A stretch of 32,000 nt of DNA from Acholeplasma laidlawii PG-8A (GCF_000018785.1 NC_010163.1:120001-152000), one strand, 5' to 3'. Numbered from the stretch's first letter, positions 9,432 through 20,200 are shown. Notes: generated by a model from the letters alone, not told the origin. A program made the numbers and translations.

Positions 9432-12075
9432 AGATGTACAAAATGAACTGTTGGCGCTCTTAGATGAGCAAGACAAAGAACCAAAAACTAAAAAGAAATC
9501 AAAAACTCCTCAAACAGTCATTGTCGAAGAACCTTTCGAAATGAAGGGGGATCCTTTAGGCTTGATTGAAAATAAAAAAGTTAAAAGTGCACACACTCCA
9601 ACTAGAATTAAGTCAAAAGGTGATATTGTTATTGAAAGATATAATCCGGATGTAGAACATGGGTTAACTACAGATGACGTTGAAAAAAGACAGCTTGCCG
9701 GGTTAGTGAACCTTTCTGATAAAGGTTCTACTAAAACATTAAGCAGTATCATTTTTTCAAACGTATTCACGTTCTTTAATATGCTTATTTTAGCGATTGT
9801 TATTATTTTACTTATAACAGGTGCTAAATTTACACAAACAGTATCGATTGTTATTGTTGCAATGAATACAACCATTGGTATTATTCAAGAAATTAACGCT
9901 AAAAAGATGATTGATAAATTATCTTTATTATCTGCACCAACAGCGATGGTTATAAGAGATGGCCTAGAACAAGAAATTGGTGTTGCAGATGTAGTGATTG
10001 ATGAAATCTTAAAATTATCTGCAGGTAAACAAATTATTGTGGATGCTGTTGTAAGACAAGGTTCAGTTGAAGTCAATGAATCCTTGCTTACTGGTGAGTC
10101 TGATCCGATTGTTAAAAAAGCAGGGGACACTTTATATAGTGGTTCATTTGTTATTTCAGGTTCTGTTTATGCACAAGCAACAGCAATCGGAAATGATATT
10201 TATATAGAAAAATTAACTTCTCAAGCTAAAAAGTATAAAAAACCTAAATCAGATATCTTCAGATCTTTAAAATTAATTGTTAGAATTATCGGATTTTTAA
10301 TTATCCCAATTGGTGCTGGTTTATACATGCTTGGATTAAATGGTAATTATGATCAAATCATTCAACCGATATTAGTAGAACGTACTGCGGGTGCAATTAT
10401 TGGTTTAATCCCATCAGGACTGTTCTTATTAACATCTGTAGCGCTTGCTGTTGGGGTTGTTAGATTAGGTCAAAATAATACTTTAGTTCAAGAATTATAT
10501 TGTATAGAAATGTTAGCACGCATTGATACATTATGTTTAGATAAAACAGGAACGATTACTGATGGTTCAATGACAGTCAAATCTGTTATTGAATTTGAAA
10601 CAGTTCCAGGGTTAACTTTAAAACAACTAGTCTCTGCCATGCTTAATGCTCAAAATGATTCAAACTTAACATCTGATGCTTTATATGAACGTTTTGGTAA
10701 TCAAAAGCGTATTCGTCATAAAGCGATTATTCCATTTTCATCTGCTAGAAAGTATTCAGCAGTTGAATTTGAAAAATATGGAACGTTTGCACTTGGTGCA
10801 CCAGAGTTTGTATTAAAACAAGATTACAATAAAATTGCTAGTGAAGTTGAAAAACAAGCCAATGAAGGTTACCGTGTATTAGCAGTTGTTCATACAGATG
10901 ATCCAATTGAAGGTAAAGAAGTAACGGGTAAATTAAAACCGATTGCTTTAATTATGATTGAAGATACGATCCGTGCAGATGCACCGGATACCATTCAATA
11001 TTTTAAAGACAATGGTGTGAATGTCGTTGTAATTTCTGGGGATAACCCACTTACAGTATCTCGTATTAGCCAAAGAGCTGGTATTAAAAATGCTGAAAGT
11101 TATGTGTCACTAGAAAACATGTCGGATAAAGAAGTTGTTAGAATTGCTAATAAATATACTGTCTTTGGACGTGTAAGTCCTCATCAAAAGAAACTATTGG
11201 TAGAAGCAATGAAAAACAATGGTCACGTTGTTGCGATGACTGGTGATGGTGTAAATGATATTCTTGCTTTAAGAGAAGCAGATACATCCATTGCGATGGC
11301 ATCTGGTTCTGAGGCAGCAAGAAACGTGAGCCACTTGGTCTTAATGGATTCTAACTTTGCAAACATGCCTAAGGTTGTTAGCGAAGGTCGACGTGTTATT
11401 AATAATATTCAAAAGGTGTCTAAACTTTATTTAACTAAGACATTCTTTACATTGTTCTTAAGCTTACTTATTATTATTAGAGGTTTAATGGGGTATGAAG
11501 CACTATATCCTTTAAAACCAAGTCATTTATTGATTATGGAAATATTAGTCATTGGTGTACCATCATTCTTTATTGCGTTAGAATATAACAATAACCGTAT
11601 TGAAGGTAACTTCTTGGCTAAGATCGTTAAAGATGCACTACCTGGAGCTATTGTAGTCTTATTAAATGCACTCATTATCTTTAGTGTTGCACATACATTA
11701 GGTCTTGATGTAGGTATGGGTTCCAATCAACACAGTGGTATTTCAACCCTGATTGGCCTAACTGCAACTGCATTATCATTTATGGTGTTATATAGTGTGT
11801 CTAGACCACTAAATCCAAGACGTAGTATCTTATTCTTTACGATGCTATCCTTAGCAGTGTTTGGTGTGTTCTTACTACCAGAACTACTAGAGATTCAACC
11901 AATTATTACGATTAATAATGTCACACATTCTACACCGATGACATTACCTCAAAATTTATTACTTATTGTATTAATTTATACAAGTTATCCACTAATGTAT
12001 ATACTAACCAATTTAGGCAAATGGCTAAAGACAGCTGTTAGACGCATTATACATGTCATTTCGGAAATGAAGTAA
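9424..12075 (+). CDS. Cation-translocating P-type ATPase
   Basis: LTGESDPI, DKTGTITDG, MTGDGVNDILALREADTSIAMASGSEAAR. ATG 9424 chosen over track start 9415. Confidence 0.93.
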   Translation: MAKDVQNELLALLDEQDKEPKTKKKSKTPQTVIVEEPFEMKGDPLGLIENKKVKSAHTPTRIKSKGDIVIERYNPDVEHGLTTDDVEKRQLAGLVNLSDKGSTKTLSSIIFSNVFTFFNMLILAIVIILLITGAKFTQTVSIVIVAMNTTIGIIQEINAKKMIDKLSLLSAPTAMVIRDGLEQEIGVADVVIDEILKLSAGKQIIVDAVVRQGSVEVNESLLTGESDPIVKKAGDTLYSGSFVISGSVYAQATAIGNDIYIEKLTSQAKKYKKPKSDIFRSLKLIVRIIGFLIIPIGAGLYMLGLNGNYDQIIQPILVERTAGAIIGLIPSGLFLLTSVALAVGVVRLGQNNTLVQELYCIEMLARIDTLCLDKTGTITDGSMTVKSVIEFETVPGLTLKQLVSAMLNAQNDSNLTSDALYERFGNQKRIRHKAIIPFSSARKYSAVEFEKYGTFALGAPEFVLKQDYNKIASEVEKQANEGYRVLAVVHTDDPIEGKEVTGKLKPIALIMIEDTIRADAPDTIQYFKDNGVNVVVISGDNPLTVSRISQRAGIKNAESYVSLENMSDKEVVRIANKYTVFGRVSPHQKKLLVEAMKNNGHVVAMTGDGVNDILALREADTSIAMASGSEAARNVSHLVLMDSNFANMPKVVSEGRRVINNIQKVSKLYLTKTFFTLFLSLLIIIRGLMGYEALYPLKPSHLLIMEILVIGVPSFFIALEYNNNRIEGNFLAKIVKDALPGAIVVLLNALIIFSVAHTLGLDVGMGSNQHSGISTLIGLTATALSFMVLYSVSRPLNPRRSILFFTMLSLAVFGVFLLPELLEIQPIITINNVTHSTPMTLPQNLLLIVLIYTSYPLMYILTNLGKWLKTAVRRIIHVISEMK

Positions 12076-12098
12076 AGGTGCATTAGATGCACCTTTTT
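12075..12098 (+). terminator. Rho-independent terminator after P-type ATPase gene
   Basis: AAGGTGCA-ttaga-TGCACCTTTTT. Confidence 0.75.
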
Positions 12099-12120
12099 CT
12101 TAAAAGTAAGGAGAAAAAAT

Positions 12121-12813
12121 ATGATTATTTACGGAAAGAACGTTATTAAAGAAGCAGTTTTGAATAAAAGACCAATCTATAAACTTTATTTAGATGAAAA
12201 ATCTAGCGATAGTAAGTTCATTAATTTTTTAGAAAACAATAATATTAGTTATGAACTAACAAATAAGGGACAATTAAATAATTTAACCGACAATGCCGTA
12301 CACAATGGTGTAGTAGCTGATGTTAAAGATTATCAATACCTAGAATTAGATGTTGTATTGGATAAAACACGCAGGCAACGCTTTTTAATGCTAGATGAGG
12401 TTCAAGATCCACATAACCTAGGAGCTATTTTAAGAAGTGTTGAAGCAACCAACTATGACGGTGTGATCATTTCCAAGAAACATCAAGTACCACTTACAGG
12501 TGTGGTTGCAAAAACATCTTCTGGAGCGATAGAACACGTTAAGCTGATCTTAGTATCCAACTTGTACCAAACGATTCTTAAACTGCAAAAAGAAGACTTT
12601 TTGGTTGTTGGTACAGCAGGCGAAGCAACTGCAAGCTATAAAGAGATACCAAAGAATCAAAACTTACTGATTATTATGGGTAATGAAGGCTTTGGGTTAA
12701 GACCTTTGATAAAAAAGGGTTGTGACTTATTAGTATCGATTCCAATGCTTGGTAAAGTAAACAGTTTAAATGTGAGTGTAGCAACCGCGCTACTCTTATA
12801 TGAAACAATTTAG
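12121..12813 (+). CDS. rlmB: TrmH-family 23S rRNA (guanosine-2'-O)-methyltransferase RlmB
   Basis: IIYGKNVIKEAV; LDEVQDPHNLGAILRSVEATNYDGVI; GNEGFGLRPLIKKGCDLLVSIPMLGKVNSLNVSVATALLLYE. Confidence 0.93.
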   Translation: MIIYGKNVIKEAVLNKRPIYKLYLDEKSSDSKFINFLENNNISYELTNKGQLNNLTDNAVHNGVVADVKDYQYLELDVVLDKTRRQRFLMLDEVQDPHNLGAILRSVEATNYDGVIISKKHQVPLTGVVAKTSSGAIEHVKLILVSNLYQTILKLQKEDFLVVGTAGEATASYKEIPKNQNLLIIMGNEGFGLRPLIKKGCDLLVSIPMLGKVNSLNVSVATALLLYETI

Positions 12814-12822
12814 GTAAGTGCT

Positions 12823-13320
12823 ATGTATAAGAATGATTATGAACTCATCTACTTATATCGAACGACAAAATCCGAAGAAGTGATTTCCATAATCTTTCAA
12901 AAATACAAACCACTTATTTTGAAAAACATCTATAAATTTTATATACCAAGTAAAGATCATGATGATTTTTTTCAAGAATCATTAATGACCTTATTGGATT
13001 GTATCCACACCTTTGATGAATCAAAAAACAAAACTTTTACAAAGTATTTTGAACTTGTCTTATACCGTAAGTTTATTACCTTAAAAGACAAGTCTTCAAA
13101 ATATGTTTTAATTGAAAAACCAGAGCTCATCAAAGAAAGTTACACGCCAAATTATGAAGTGACTAATATAGATAATCTTTATTTATCACCACTAGAAAAA
13201 CACATATATACAATGTACTTTGAAGATAAACTTACGATTGATACGATTGCCTTAAACTTAAATAAAACTCAAAAAAGTATAAAAAATGCGGTTTACCGTA
13301 TAAAAGTCAAACTAAAGTAG
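12823..13320 (+). CDS. Small sigma-70-family-like RNA polymerase sigma factor (SigH-like, at the syntenic sigH position)
   Basis: HDDFFQESLMTLLDCIHTFDESKNKTFTKYFELVLYRKFI (region 2-like) and LSPLEKHIYTMYFEDKLTIDTIALNLNKTQKSIKNAVYRIKVKLK (region 4-like HTH). Lies between rlmB and rpmG, as sigH does in Bacillus. Confidence 0.7.
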   Translation: MYKNDYELIYLYRTTKSEEVISIIFQKYKPLILKNIYKFYIPSKDHDDFFQESLMTLLDCIHTFDESKNKTFTKYFELVLYRKFITLKDKSSKYVLIEKPELIKESYTPNYEVTNIDNLYLSPLEKHIYTMYFEDKLTIDTIALNLNKTQKSIKNAVYRIKVKLK

Positions 13321-13367
13321 TTAATAGTTGTTATAATAGAGTTGAAATAAGCTTTTAGGGGGACTAA

Positions 13368-13895
13368 ATGAATAATCAAAGAAAACTCAAATACGGTACA
13401 ATTGTATTTGTACTAAGTATTATCAATGTTGTATTACTCGCTATTATTGGTATTGGTTTTATATTTTTAAATGGATTTATTCAAATGATTCTTAATGTAG
13501 AGTTTGAATCTACATCAGATATTTTAAATATAGTATTTAATATGTTGGGACTTATAGTTGCATTAATGGCTGTATTTGTTTTGTTTGCAGGTTATAAGGC
13601 ACAATACAGTAAGGGCTGGAATATAGCGATTGTAGTTGTATGCGGATTTATCTTATTAAGTTATAGTATTTCAAGTTTTGATTTATTTACAATAGCACTC
13701 TATGGATCTTTGTTAGTATTTGCTATATTAAATATAGTTGATGCAAATAACCAAGAAAGTTCCACTTATAAAGCAAAATCTGCAACAGATTTAGAGTCGA
13801 AATTAAAAGCGTTAAATGATCTATTTGATAAAGGATTAATTAGTCATGAAGAGTATCAAGCATCTAGACAGGAAGCAATCCGCAAAATTGATTAA
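13368..13895 (+). CDS. Membrane protein with C-terminal SHOCT domain
   Basis: Four hydrophobic segments, then LESKLKALNDLFDKGLISHEEYQASRQEAI, a SHOCT-type motif. Confidence 0.75.
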   Translation: MNNQRKLKYGTIVFVLSIINVVLLAIIGIGFIFLNGFIQMILNVEFESTSDILNIVFNMLGLIVALMAVFVLFAGYKAQYSKGWNIAIVVVCGFILLSYSISSFDLFTIALYGSLLVFAILNIVDANNQESSTYKAKSATDLESKLKALNDLFDKGLISHEEYQASRQEAIRKID

Positions 13896-14030
13896 GTTAA
13901 AATTCTAAAATGAATTAAATAAACTATGTAAAACTATAATTTTATAATATTATTGTTTATATAATGTGATATAATAGTTTAGCATTGACTTAAGTGAGTT
14001 ACTTGTTGTAAAATAATATTACCAACAATT

Positions 14031-14054
14031 AACCACTACAAAAGGTGGTTTTTT
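14031..14054 (+). promoter_or_regulatory. Terminator-like hairpin overlapping the rpmG Shine-Dalgarno (possible attenuator)
   Basis: AACCAC-tacaaaag-GTGGTTTTTT immediately before the rpmG ATG at 14056; the SD candidate AAGGTGG lies in the right arm. Confidence 0.5.
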
Positions 14055-14055
14055 A

Positions 14056-14205
14056 ATGAGAGAAAAAATAATATTAGTATGTAGTGAATGTTTAAGTAGA
14101 AACTTCACAACAACTAAAAACAAACAAACATCAAAAGAGAGACTTGAAATGAACAAGTTCTGTCCAAGATGTAACAAACATACACTTCATAAAGAAAGTA
14201 AATAG
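14056..14205 (+). CDS. rpmG: 50S ribosomal protein L33
   Basis: 49 aa [49 protein letters not shown], absent from the ORF track because of its length. Confidence 0.95.
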
Positions 14206-14217
14206 GAGTTGATTTTT

Positions 14218-14637
14218 ATGGCAATCAAGAAAAAAGAACAACAACCACAAAACAAACTACTTGAAATACTATCCACAGAATATAAAGGTGAATCTTTAAT
14301 TCTTGGTATATTAGCAACCATTACAGCAGGTTTAGCTATCATGATTATTGGTAACGTTCAAGGATTTCATATCCCTGAGAGTTTCCCGGTATTAGGTGGT
14401 TCACCAAATGACATGATCTTTGCGTGGACAGTACTTGTTATTGCATTACTTGGTCTAGCACTTGTTATTTATCCATTTTTCTTACCAGCATTCCCGGAAT
14501 TAAGAAAAGTGAGTTGGGCAGGATGGCTAGAGTTCTTAGATAATGCTGCACGTGTTATTATCTTCGTACTTATCGTTACAGGATTTGTATCAGGTGTAGA
14601 TATTATTATCTTAAGATTACTAGAAGGATTAATATAA
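14218..14637 (+). CDS. secE: Preprotein translocase subunit SecE (extended form, about 3 TM segments)
   Basis: PELRKVSWAGWLEFLDNAARVIIFVLIVTGFVSGVDIIILRLLEGL is the SecE core; located between rpmG and nusG. Confidence 0.9.
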   Translation: MAIKKKEQQPQNKLLEILSTEYKGESLILGILATITAGLAIMIIGNVQGFHIPESFPVLGGSPNDMIFAWTVLVIALLGLALVIYPFFLPAFPELRKVSWAGWLEFLDNAARVIIFVLIVTGFVSGVDIIILRLLEGLI

Positions 14638-15185
14638 TGGCAATTAGAACGCCTAAAAGACGTTGGTATGTCATTCAAACTTATTCCGGATATGAAAAAG
14701 CTGTAAAAGAAGACTTAGCCAGACGTGTAGATTCTATGGGTATGCAAGATTATATTTACCAAATTATCGTACCTGAAGAAACATATATTGAAAAGAATAA
14801 AGACGGAAAAGATAAAGAAAAGGTTCGCCAAATTTATCCAGGTTACGTTTTTGTTGAAATGTTAGTTACAGATGATTCATGGTTCGTTGTTAGAAATACG
14901 CCAAGAGTTACAGGTTTCTTAGGTTCATCTGGTGGTGGTACAAAACCAGTTCCACTATTAGAAGAAGAAATTAGACCAATTCTCTTAAAAGCAAACGTTA
15001 TTTCTAAACCTAACTATGAATACTTACTTGGTAAAGAAGTTCAAATCATTTCAGGTGCATTTGAAGGCCAAATTGGTAGAGTATCTTATGTAGATGCTGA
15101 CCAAGAGAAGATGATGGTAGATATCGATGTATTTGGTAGAGCTACTCCAACGGAAATCGACTTTACTCAATTTAAAGAAATCTAA
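14637..15185 (+). CDS. nusG: Transcription termination/antitermination protein NusG
   Basis: RRWYVIQTYSGYEKAVKEDLARRV...YPGYVFVEMLVTDDSWFVVRNTPRVTGFLG; KOW motif EVQIISGAFEGQIGRV. TAATG overlap with secE. Confidence 0.97.
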   Translation: MAIRTPKRRWYVIQTYSGYEKAVKEDLARRVDSMGMQDYIYQIIVPEETYIEKNKDGKDKEKVRQIYPGYVFVEMLVTDDSWFVVRNTPRVTGFLGSSGGGTKPVPLLEEEIRPILLKANVISKPNYEYLLGKEVQIISGAFEGQIGRVSYVDADQEKMMVDIDVFGRATPTEIDFTQFKEI

Positions 15186-15191
15186 AATATG

Positions 15192-15217
15192 AGACATCCA
15201 TTTGGATGTCTTTTTTT
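15192..15217 (+). terminator. Strong Rho-independent terminator after nusG
   Basis: AGACATCC-att-TGGATGTCTTTTTTT. Confidence 0.85.
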
Positions 15218-15343
15218 AGTGTTTATAGACTTATATTTAGATGAAACAAATTTTACAAATATGGATAATCATATGATTATACTTAATTTATACTTAGTTA
15301 TTTGATATAATCAAAGCGTAGGAAAGAAATGGTGGTAATACAT

Positions 15344-16147
15344 ATGAAGAAATACTTAATTGCAGGCCTGGTCATAGAATTTGATTATCGTTATGATCAA
15401 TATTTCAAAAATAACATCGAAAACTATATATATGAAGGTAGTAGAGAAGTCGATCATACAATCACTGTGAAATATGCTCTAGAACTTCAAAAACCAACAT
15501 CTAAGCTTCACAGAATCTTTTCAAAAAGTGTTTCTGGTTTAAAAGCATATATGAACTATGATGAAAACTATAGAAACATTGAAATTTGGATTGATGAAGA
15601 TACATTTACAGATGCTGCGACAGCAGAATACGTTTATACTGGTATGATCTTTTTAGAATTAGCTCAACGCCATGGTCTACTACCACTACACGGTTCAGCA
15701 ATTAACTATAAAGGGGATGTGATCTTATTTGCTGCGCCAAGTGGCACAGGTAAATCAACACATGCCAGAATGTGGAAGCACCTGTTTAAAGATGATGTAT
15801 CATGGGTAAATGATGATAAGCCGTTACTTGATGTTACAAGTGAAGGTATCTTTGTTTATGGTGCACCATTTAGTGGACAGTACTCTTCTAATACTAATGA
15901 TAAAAAACCACTTAAAGCTATTGTATTTTTACAACAAGGTATTACAGATAATGTTCAAAAATTAAATGAAAAAGAAGCATTAAAACACCTAATGACCAAT
16001 ACATTAAGACCAACTGAAGAAGCACTTTGGGATCAAGCTTTAAATCATTTTGAACAAATTATTAAGGAAATTCCAATTTACTTACTGGATGCTAGTTTAT
16101 CTACATCCGCAGTGAAGTCTATTAAAAAGGCGATTTATAATGAATAA
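15344..16147 (+). CDS. HPr kinase-like (HprK/SerK-like) P-loop protein
   Basis: LPLHGSAINYKGDVILFAAPSGTGKSTHARMWKHLF (Walker A), VSWVNDDKPLLDV, GIFVYGAPFSGQ. ATG 15344 has GGTGG 8 nt upstream; 15329 is an alternative start. Confidence 0.75.
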   Translation: MKKYLIAGLVIEFDYRYDQYFKNNIENYIYEGSREVDHTITVKYALELQKPTSKLHRIFSKSVSGLKAYMNYDENYRNIEIWIDEDTFTDAATAEYVYTGMIFLELAQRHGLLPLHGSAINYKGDVILFAAPSGTGKSTHARMWKHLFKDDVSWVNDDKPLLDVTSEGIFVYGAPFSGQYSSNTNDKKPLKAIVFLQQGITDNVQKLNEKEALKHLMTNTLRPTEEALWDQALNHFEQIIKEIPIYLLDASLSTSAVKSIKKAIYNE

Positions 16148-17117
16148 ATATTATTCACAACAAAACCAAATCATTAAAAAGACAATGTTACTGTTTGTAA
16201 CATTGTTTTTAACTGTTATAATGGTATCTTGTAAACCTAAACAAGATACTGGGGCTATTGAACTGATTAATCAAGCATATGAGGTCTTAGCACTAGAGTT
16301 TCAAGAAGGGGATACGATAGACAGTGTAACTGGTGACTTTAGATTACCGTTATTTGTTAAAGAATTCCCTGATGTAGCCCTTTTGTGGTCCTCAGGTACT
16401 GAAACTATCATTAAGCCACAAGGACTGTTTGCAGTGATTAATAGACCTCAAGAAGATACTAGTGTTGACCTAACTGCTACCTTAAGTTACAAAAAAGAAG
16501 CAAGAGATAAAATATTTAGCATCAATGTATCAGGCTACACAGACTATGAGTTTACTGGTTACTACGAAAGTTTAAGTGGACTACTCATGGATGAGTTCAC
16601 AGTCGAACTCTCATCTATGATTAAAACAAAGGGTCGTGCCACAGGTACTACTGCACAAGTTAGACAAATTGATAACTATGAAGGTCAAAACTATAATATC
16701 TATACTGGATTTGAAGCATATGGTAATAGAGAACACGTTTGGCCACAGTCTCACTTAGGTGTTATAAAAGATGATCTGCACAATCTACGTGCTGCAAATT
16801 CACAAGTAAATTCTACCAGAGGTAATAAGTTCTTTGTAGATAATCCATTGGGTGGGTCTTGGAAAGTTATTGGTAACGGATTTTATCCGGGTGAAGATCA
16901 TATTGGTGATGTAGCTAGGATTATCTTATACATCTATATTAGGTATGAGCTTAATATTCAACTGGTTGGACAACTTGATTTATTCTTGATGTGGCATGAG
17001 ATGGACCCAGTAAGTCCATTTGAAATATCTAGAAATAATAAGATCTATGCAATACAAAACAATAGAAACCCATTTATTGATTATCCAGATCTTGTAGATA
17101 TCATGTTTAATAATTGA
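16140..17117 (+). CDS. Endonuclease I family (His-Me finger) lipoprotein, nuclease 1
   Basis: Lipobox VIMVSC; YNIYTGFEAYGNREHVWPQSHLGVIKDDLHNLRAANSQVNSTRGN...GDVARIILYIYIRY...FLMWHEMDPVSPFE. 8-nt overlap with the upstream kinase gene. Confidence 0.88.
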   Translation: MNKYYSQQNQIIKKTMLLFVTLFLTVIMVSCKPKQDTGAIELINQAYEVLALEFQEGDTIDSVTGDFRLPLFVKEFPDVALLWSSGTETIIKPQGLFAVINRPQEDTSVDLTATLSYKKEARDKIFSINVSGYTDYEFTGYYESLSGLLMDEFTVELSSMIKTKGRATGTTAQVRQIDNYEGQNYNIYTGFEAYGNREHVWPQSHLGVIKDDLHNLRAANSQVNSTRGNKFFVDNPLGGSWKVIGNGFYPGEDHIGDVARIILYIYIRYELNIQLVGQLDLFLMWHEMDPVSPFEISRNNKIYAIQNNRNPFIDYPDLVDIMFNN

Positions 17118-17147
17118 AAAATATGACCGTTTATAGGTCATATTTTT
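17117..17147 (+). terminator. Rho-independent terminator after nuclease 1
   Basis: AAAATATGACC-gtttata-GGTCATATTTTT. Confidence 0.8.
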
Positions 17148-17292
17148 ATATATATGTAACCGTTATTATAAAATTAGTATAAAGATGCATATATTACTTG
17201 TAATTTGAGTTTAAATTATGTATATTGATATGTTACGCGAAAATTAAAGGAGAACATTCACACTATGAAAAACTTGTAACAATATTACAATC

Positions 17293-20200
17293 ATGCTTAT
17301 TTCAATATTTATAGTTTCATGTGAATCCATTGATACACTGCCGACTGAATTGCTTGAAAAAGTAGAAATTAATTTATCAGAAGGGGATAGACTAGATCAT
17401 ATTACTTCTGATTTCTCATTACCTTCTGGCTTAGAAGATAATAAAGAAATTACAATTACTTGGACATCAAGTGATCCTGTTGTTATCTTAATAGAAAATA
17501 ACATGGGAAAAGTTACTAGACAAAGTGCTGATAAATCAGTTACTTTAACTGCTAAAGTAACTTTAGGTAGTAATTCAAAAGATATTACCTTTGATTTAAT
17601 CGTTATTAAATTAGAAGATGTTATTACACCAGATACAACTAAACCAGTTATTACGGGTGCTAAAGACATCAACTATACAATTGGTGATGCTGAACCATCT
17701 TACTTAGATGGTGTGTCAGCAACCGATGATGTAGATGGAGAAGTTGATGTTACTGTAGATACTACTAATGTTAACTTAAGCGTTAAAGGCGTTTATAACA
17801 TTATTTATACTGCAATGGATAATGCAGGTAATAAAGAAGAAGTTACTGTAATAGTAATTGTAACAAGTAATGAAGTACCTGTAGTTGGTGAAACTGTTAC
17901 ATTTAAATACACTGGTACTACTACTGGTAATATGACAACTGGAAATAATGCAGTCTCAGTTGGACTAGTAGAGTCAGTATTTAATGTCACAACAGACTCT
18001 GTAGGAGAGTTTAATAATATTATTGGTTTAAATAAAGATGGATCTGTAAGATTATATGCAGATAGAACAACTGGTAATGGTAATACATTAACAGTTGCAA
18101 CATTAGGTGAACAAAAAATCAATGCAATTACAATTGTATTTGGTGTAGGTTCAAACACTGTTGAAGGTGAGACAAGTGGTTTATTAAAACTTGGTTCACA
18201 AGAAATCACATTAGGCTTAGCTGATTTATCAAGTACTACTAAAACATATACAGATTTAGATATTAAAGAATTTAGCTTAAAGAATACAACAACAGGTACT
18301 AAATCAGGTCAAATCTGGATTGTATCTATTGATATTACTTATGGTGGCTCAGGTTCAGTTACACCAGGTGAAGATGCTGTTGCACCTGTAATTAGCGGTG
18401 CTAAAGACATTACTTATGTAATTGGTCAAGATGCTCCAAACTACTTAGCTGGTGTATCTGCACTAGATGCAGTTGACGGTGTTGTTCAAGTATCAGTGGA
18501 TGCTAGTGCTGTAAACTTAGAAGTTTCTGGTACATATGATGTTATCTACACAGCTACTGACTTAAAAGGTAATGTTGCTGAAGTTGTTGTACAAATTACT
18601 GTGACTGATGGTGAAGAAGTAGTTGATCAAGAAACATTAGTTCATCACTTCCAATTTACAGGTGATTTACAACATGGTTATTCTGATAGTGCTGAAGCAT
18701 CTGTATTAAAGGATACTGTTACAAATAAAAATGTAGATATTTTAAAGAAACGTGCAAATACAACTGGTAATGAATTAATCTTATCTGGTGCATCCACATC
18801 ACAAACAACTGCTTGGATTGTGTTTAACTTCCAAACAAAGATTAATAAAATCACATTTAACTTAAAAACTTGGAGTGATCTAGATTTAGCGGCAACAACT
18901 GTTGCTAAGCTACAAACTAAAGTTGGTAGTAATTGGGTTGACATCTTAGATTTATTACCACACTTAACAGTGGATGGTAAATTAATTGAAGTCACTGATG
19001 TTGAACTAGATAACTTACGTATCTTTGTAGATGCATCTGTAGGTACTCAAAATACAGCAAGAATTAAAATCTCTGATTTAAAAATGTTTAATCTAAAACC
19101 TGCTAAACCAGCAGAACAATTAAATGTAGAATTAGACCGTAATCAATTATCAATTCCAACAACATTTATTGAAAATGGAGTAGCAACACTTTCAAAAGTT
19201 GGTGCTAAAGGAAGTACAATTGTTTGGTCATATACAAGTGCAACAAACACAAACAACAATTTAATTAATCTTTCAACTGGTGCAGTAACTGTACCAAGTG
19301 AAGGTCAAGTAGAGGTAAGCTTAACAGCAACACTTACAAATGGTGAATTTTCTTTAACAAAACAATTTATTGTTAAATTAGGTGAGGGTAACCCAACAAC
19401 TATTTTATCTGTTAGAGGTGAAACAAACCAAAGTTTTGTTAAAACAGTTGGTGTTGTTACATCTGTTTATACTAAAGGAAATGAACTGTTTGTCTTCATG
19501 GAAGACCAAACAGCAGCGATTTTAGTTAGAATACCAACTTCACTTAATGCAACACTAAAAGCTGGTGATGAAATTGAAGTTAGAGGTACAAAACTAACTG
19601 AAAACTCAAATATTTATATTGGAAATATTCGTGGTGTTAAAAAGTTAGCCACTAAAGAAGCATCTCCACTAATTATTACTGCTGACAAGATAGCAAACAA
19701 TCCATCCAAATTAGTATCTATCTTTGGTCTAATGTCAACTAAATATACAAATACTCAAACAAACTATGTGTTACATACAAATCAAGGTAGTTTTACAATC
19801 TATGTACCACAAGATTTAAACCAAACTGAAAAATTAGCAATTCAAAACAAATTAGCAAACCTAGACCCAGGTCTAAGAGTAAGTGTCATTGCACCAGTTT
19901 ACAAAGAAGGATCAAATAACTATATATTTGTAACAAGTGCTAGTGAGTTAATAGTAGATAACACAGTTGACTTTAACAACGTCTCTGCAATTATTTTAGA
20001 TAACATTGTACTACCTACAATTGGTACATCAACATCAAGTAATCTAGACTTAACAGTAGCAGGAGAATTATTATTTGGTGCTACTATTAACTGGGTATCT
20101 TCAAACCCTGCTGTATTATCAAATACTGGTGTAATTAACCAAGGAGATAATGATGTTGTAGTTACATTAACATATACTATCTTATTTGATAGTGAAGTTG

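Noticed and set aside
17265-17279. Classical phase variation by a long homopolymer tract
   Set aside because: The A-runs at both suspected frameshifts are short (5 and 3 nt), below typical hypermutable tract lengths; error or decay is equally possible.
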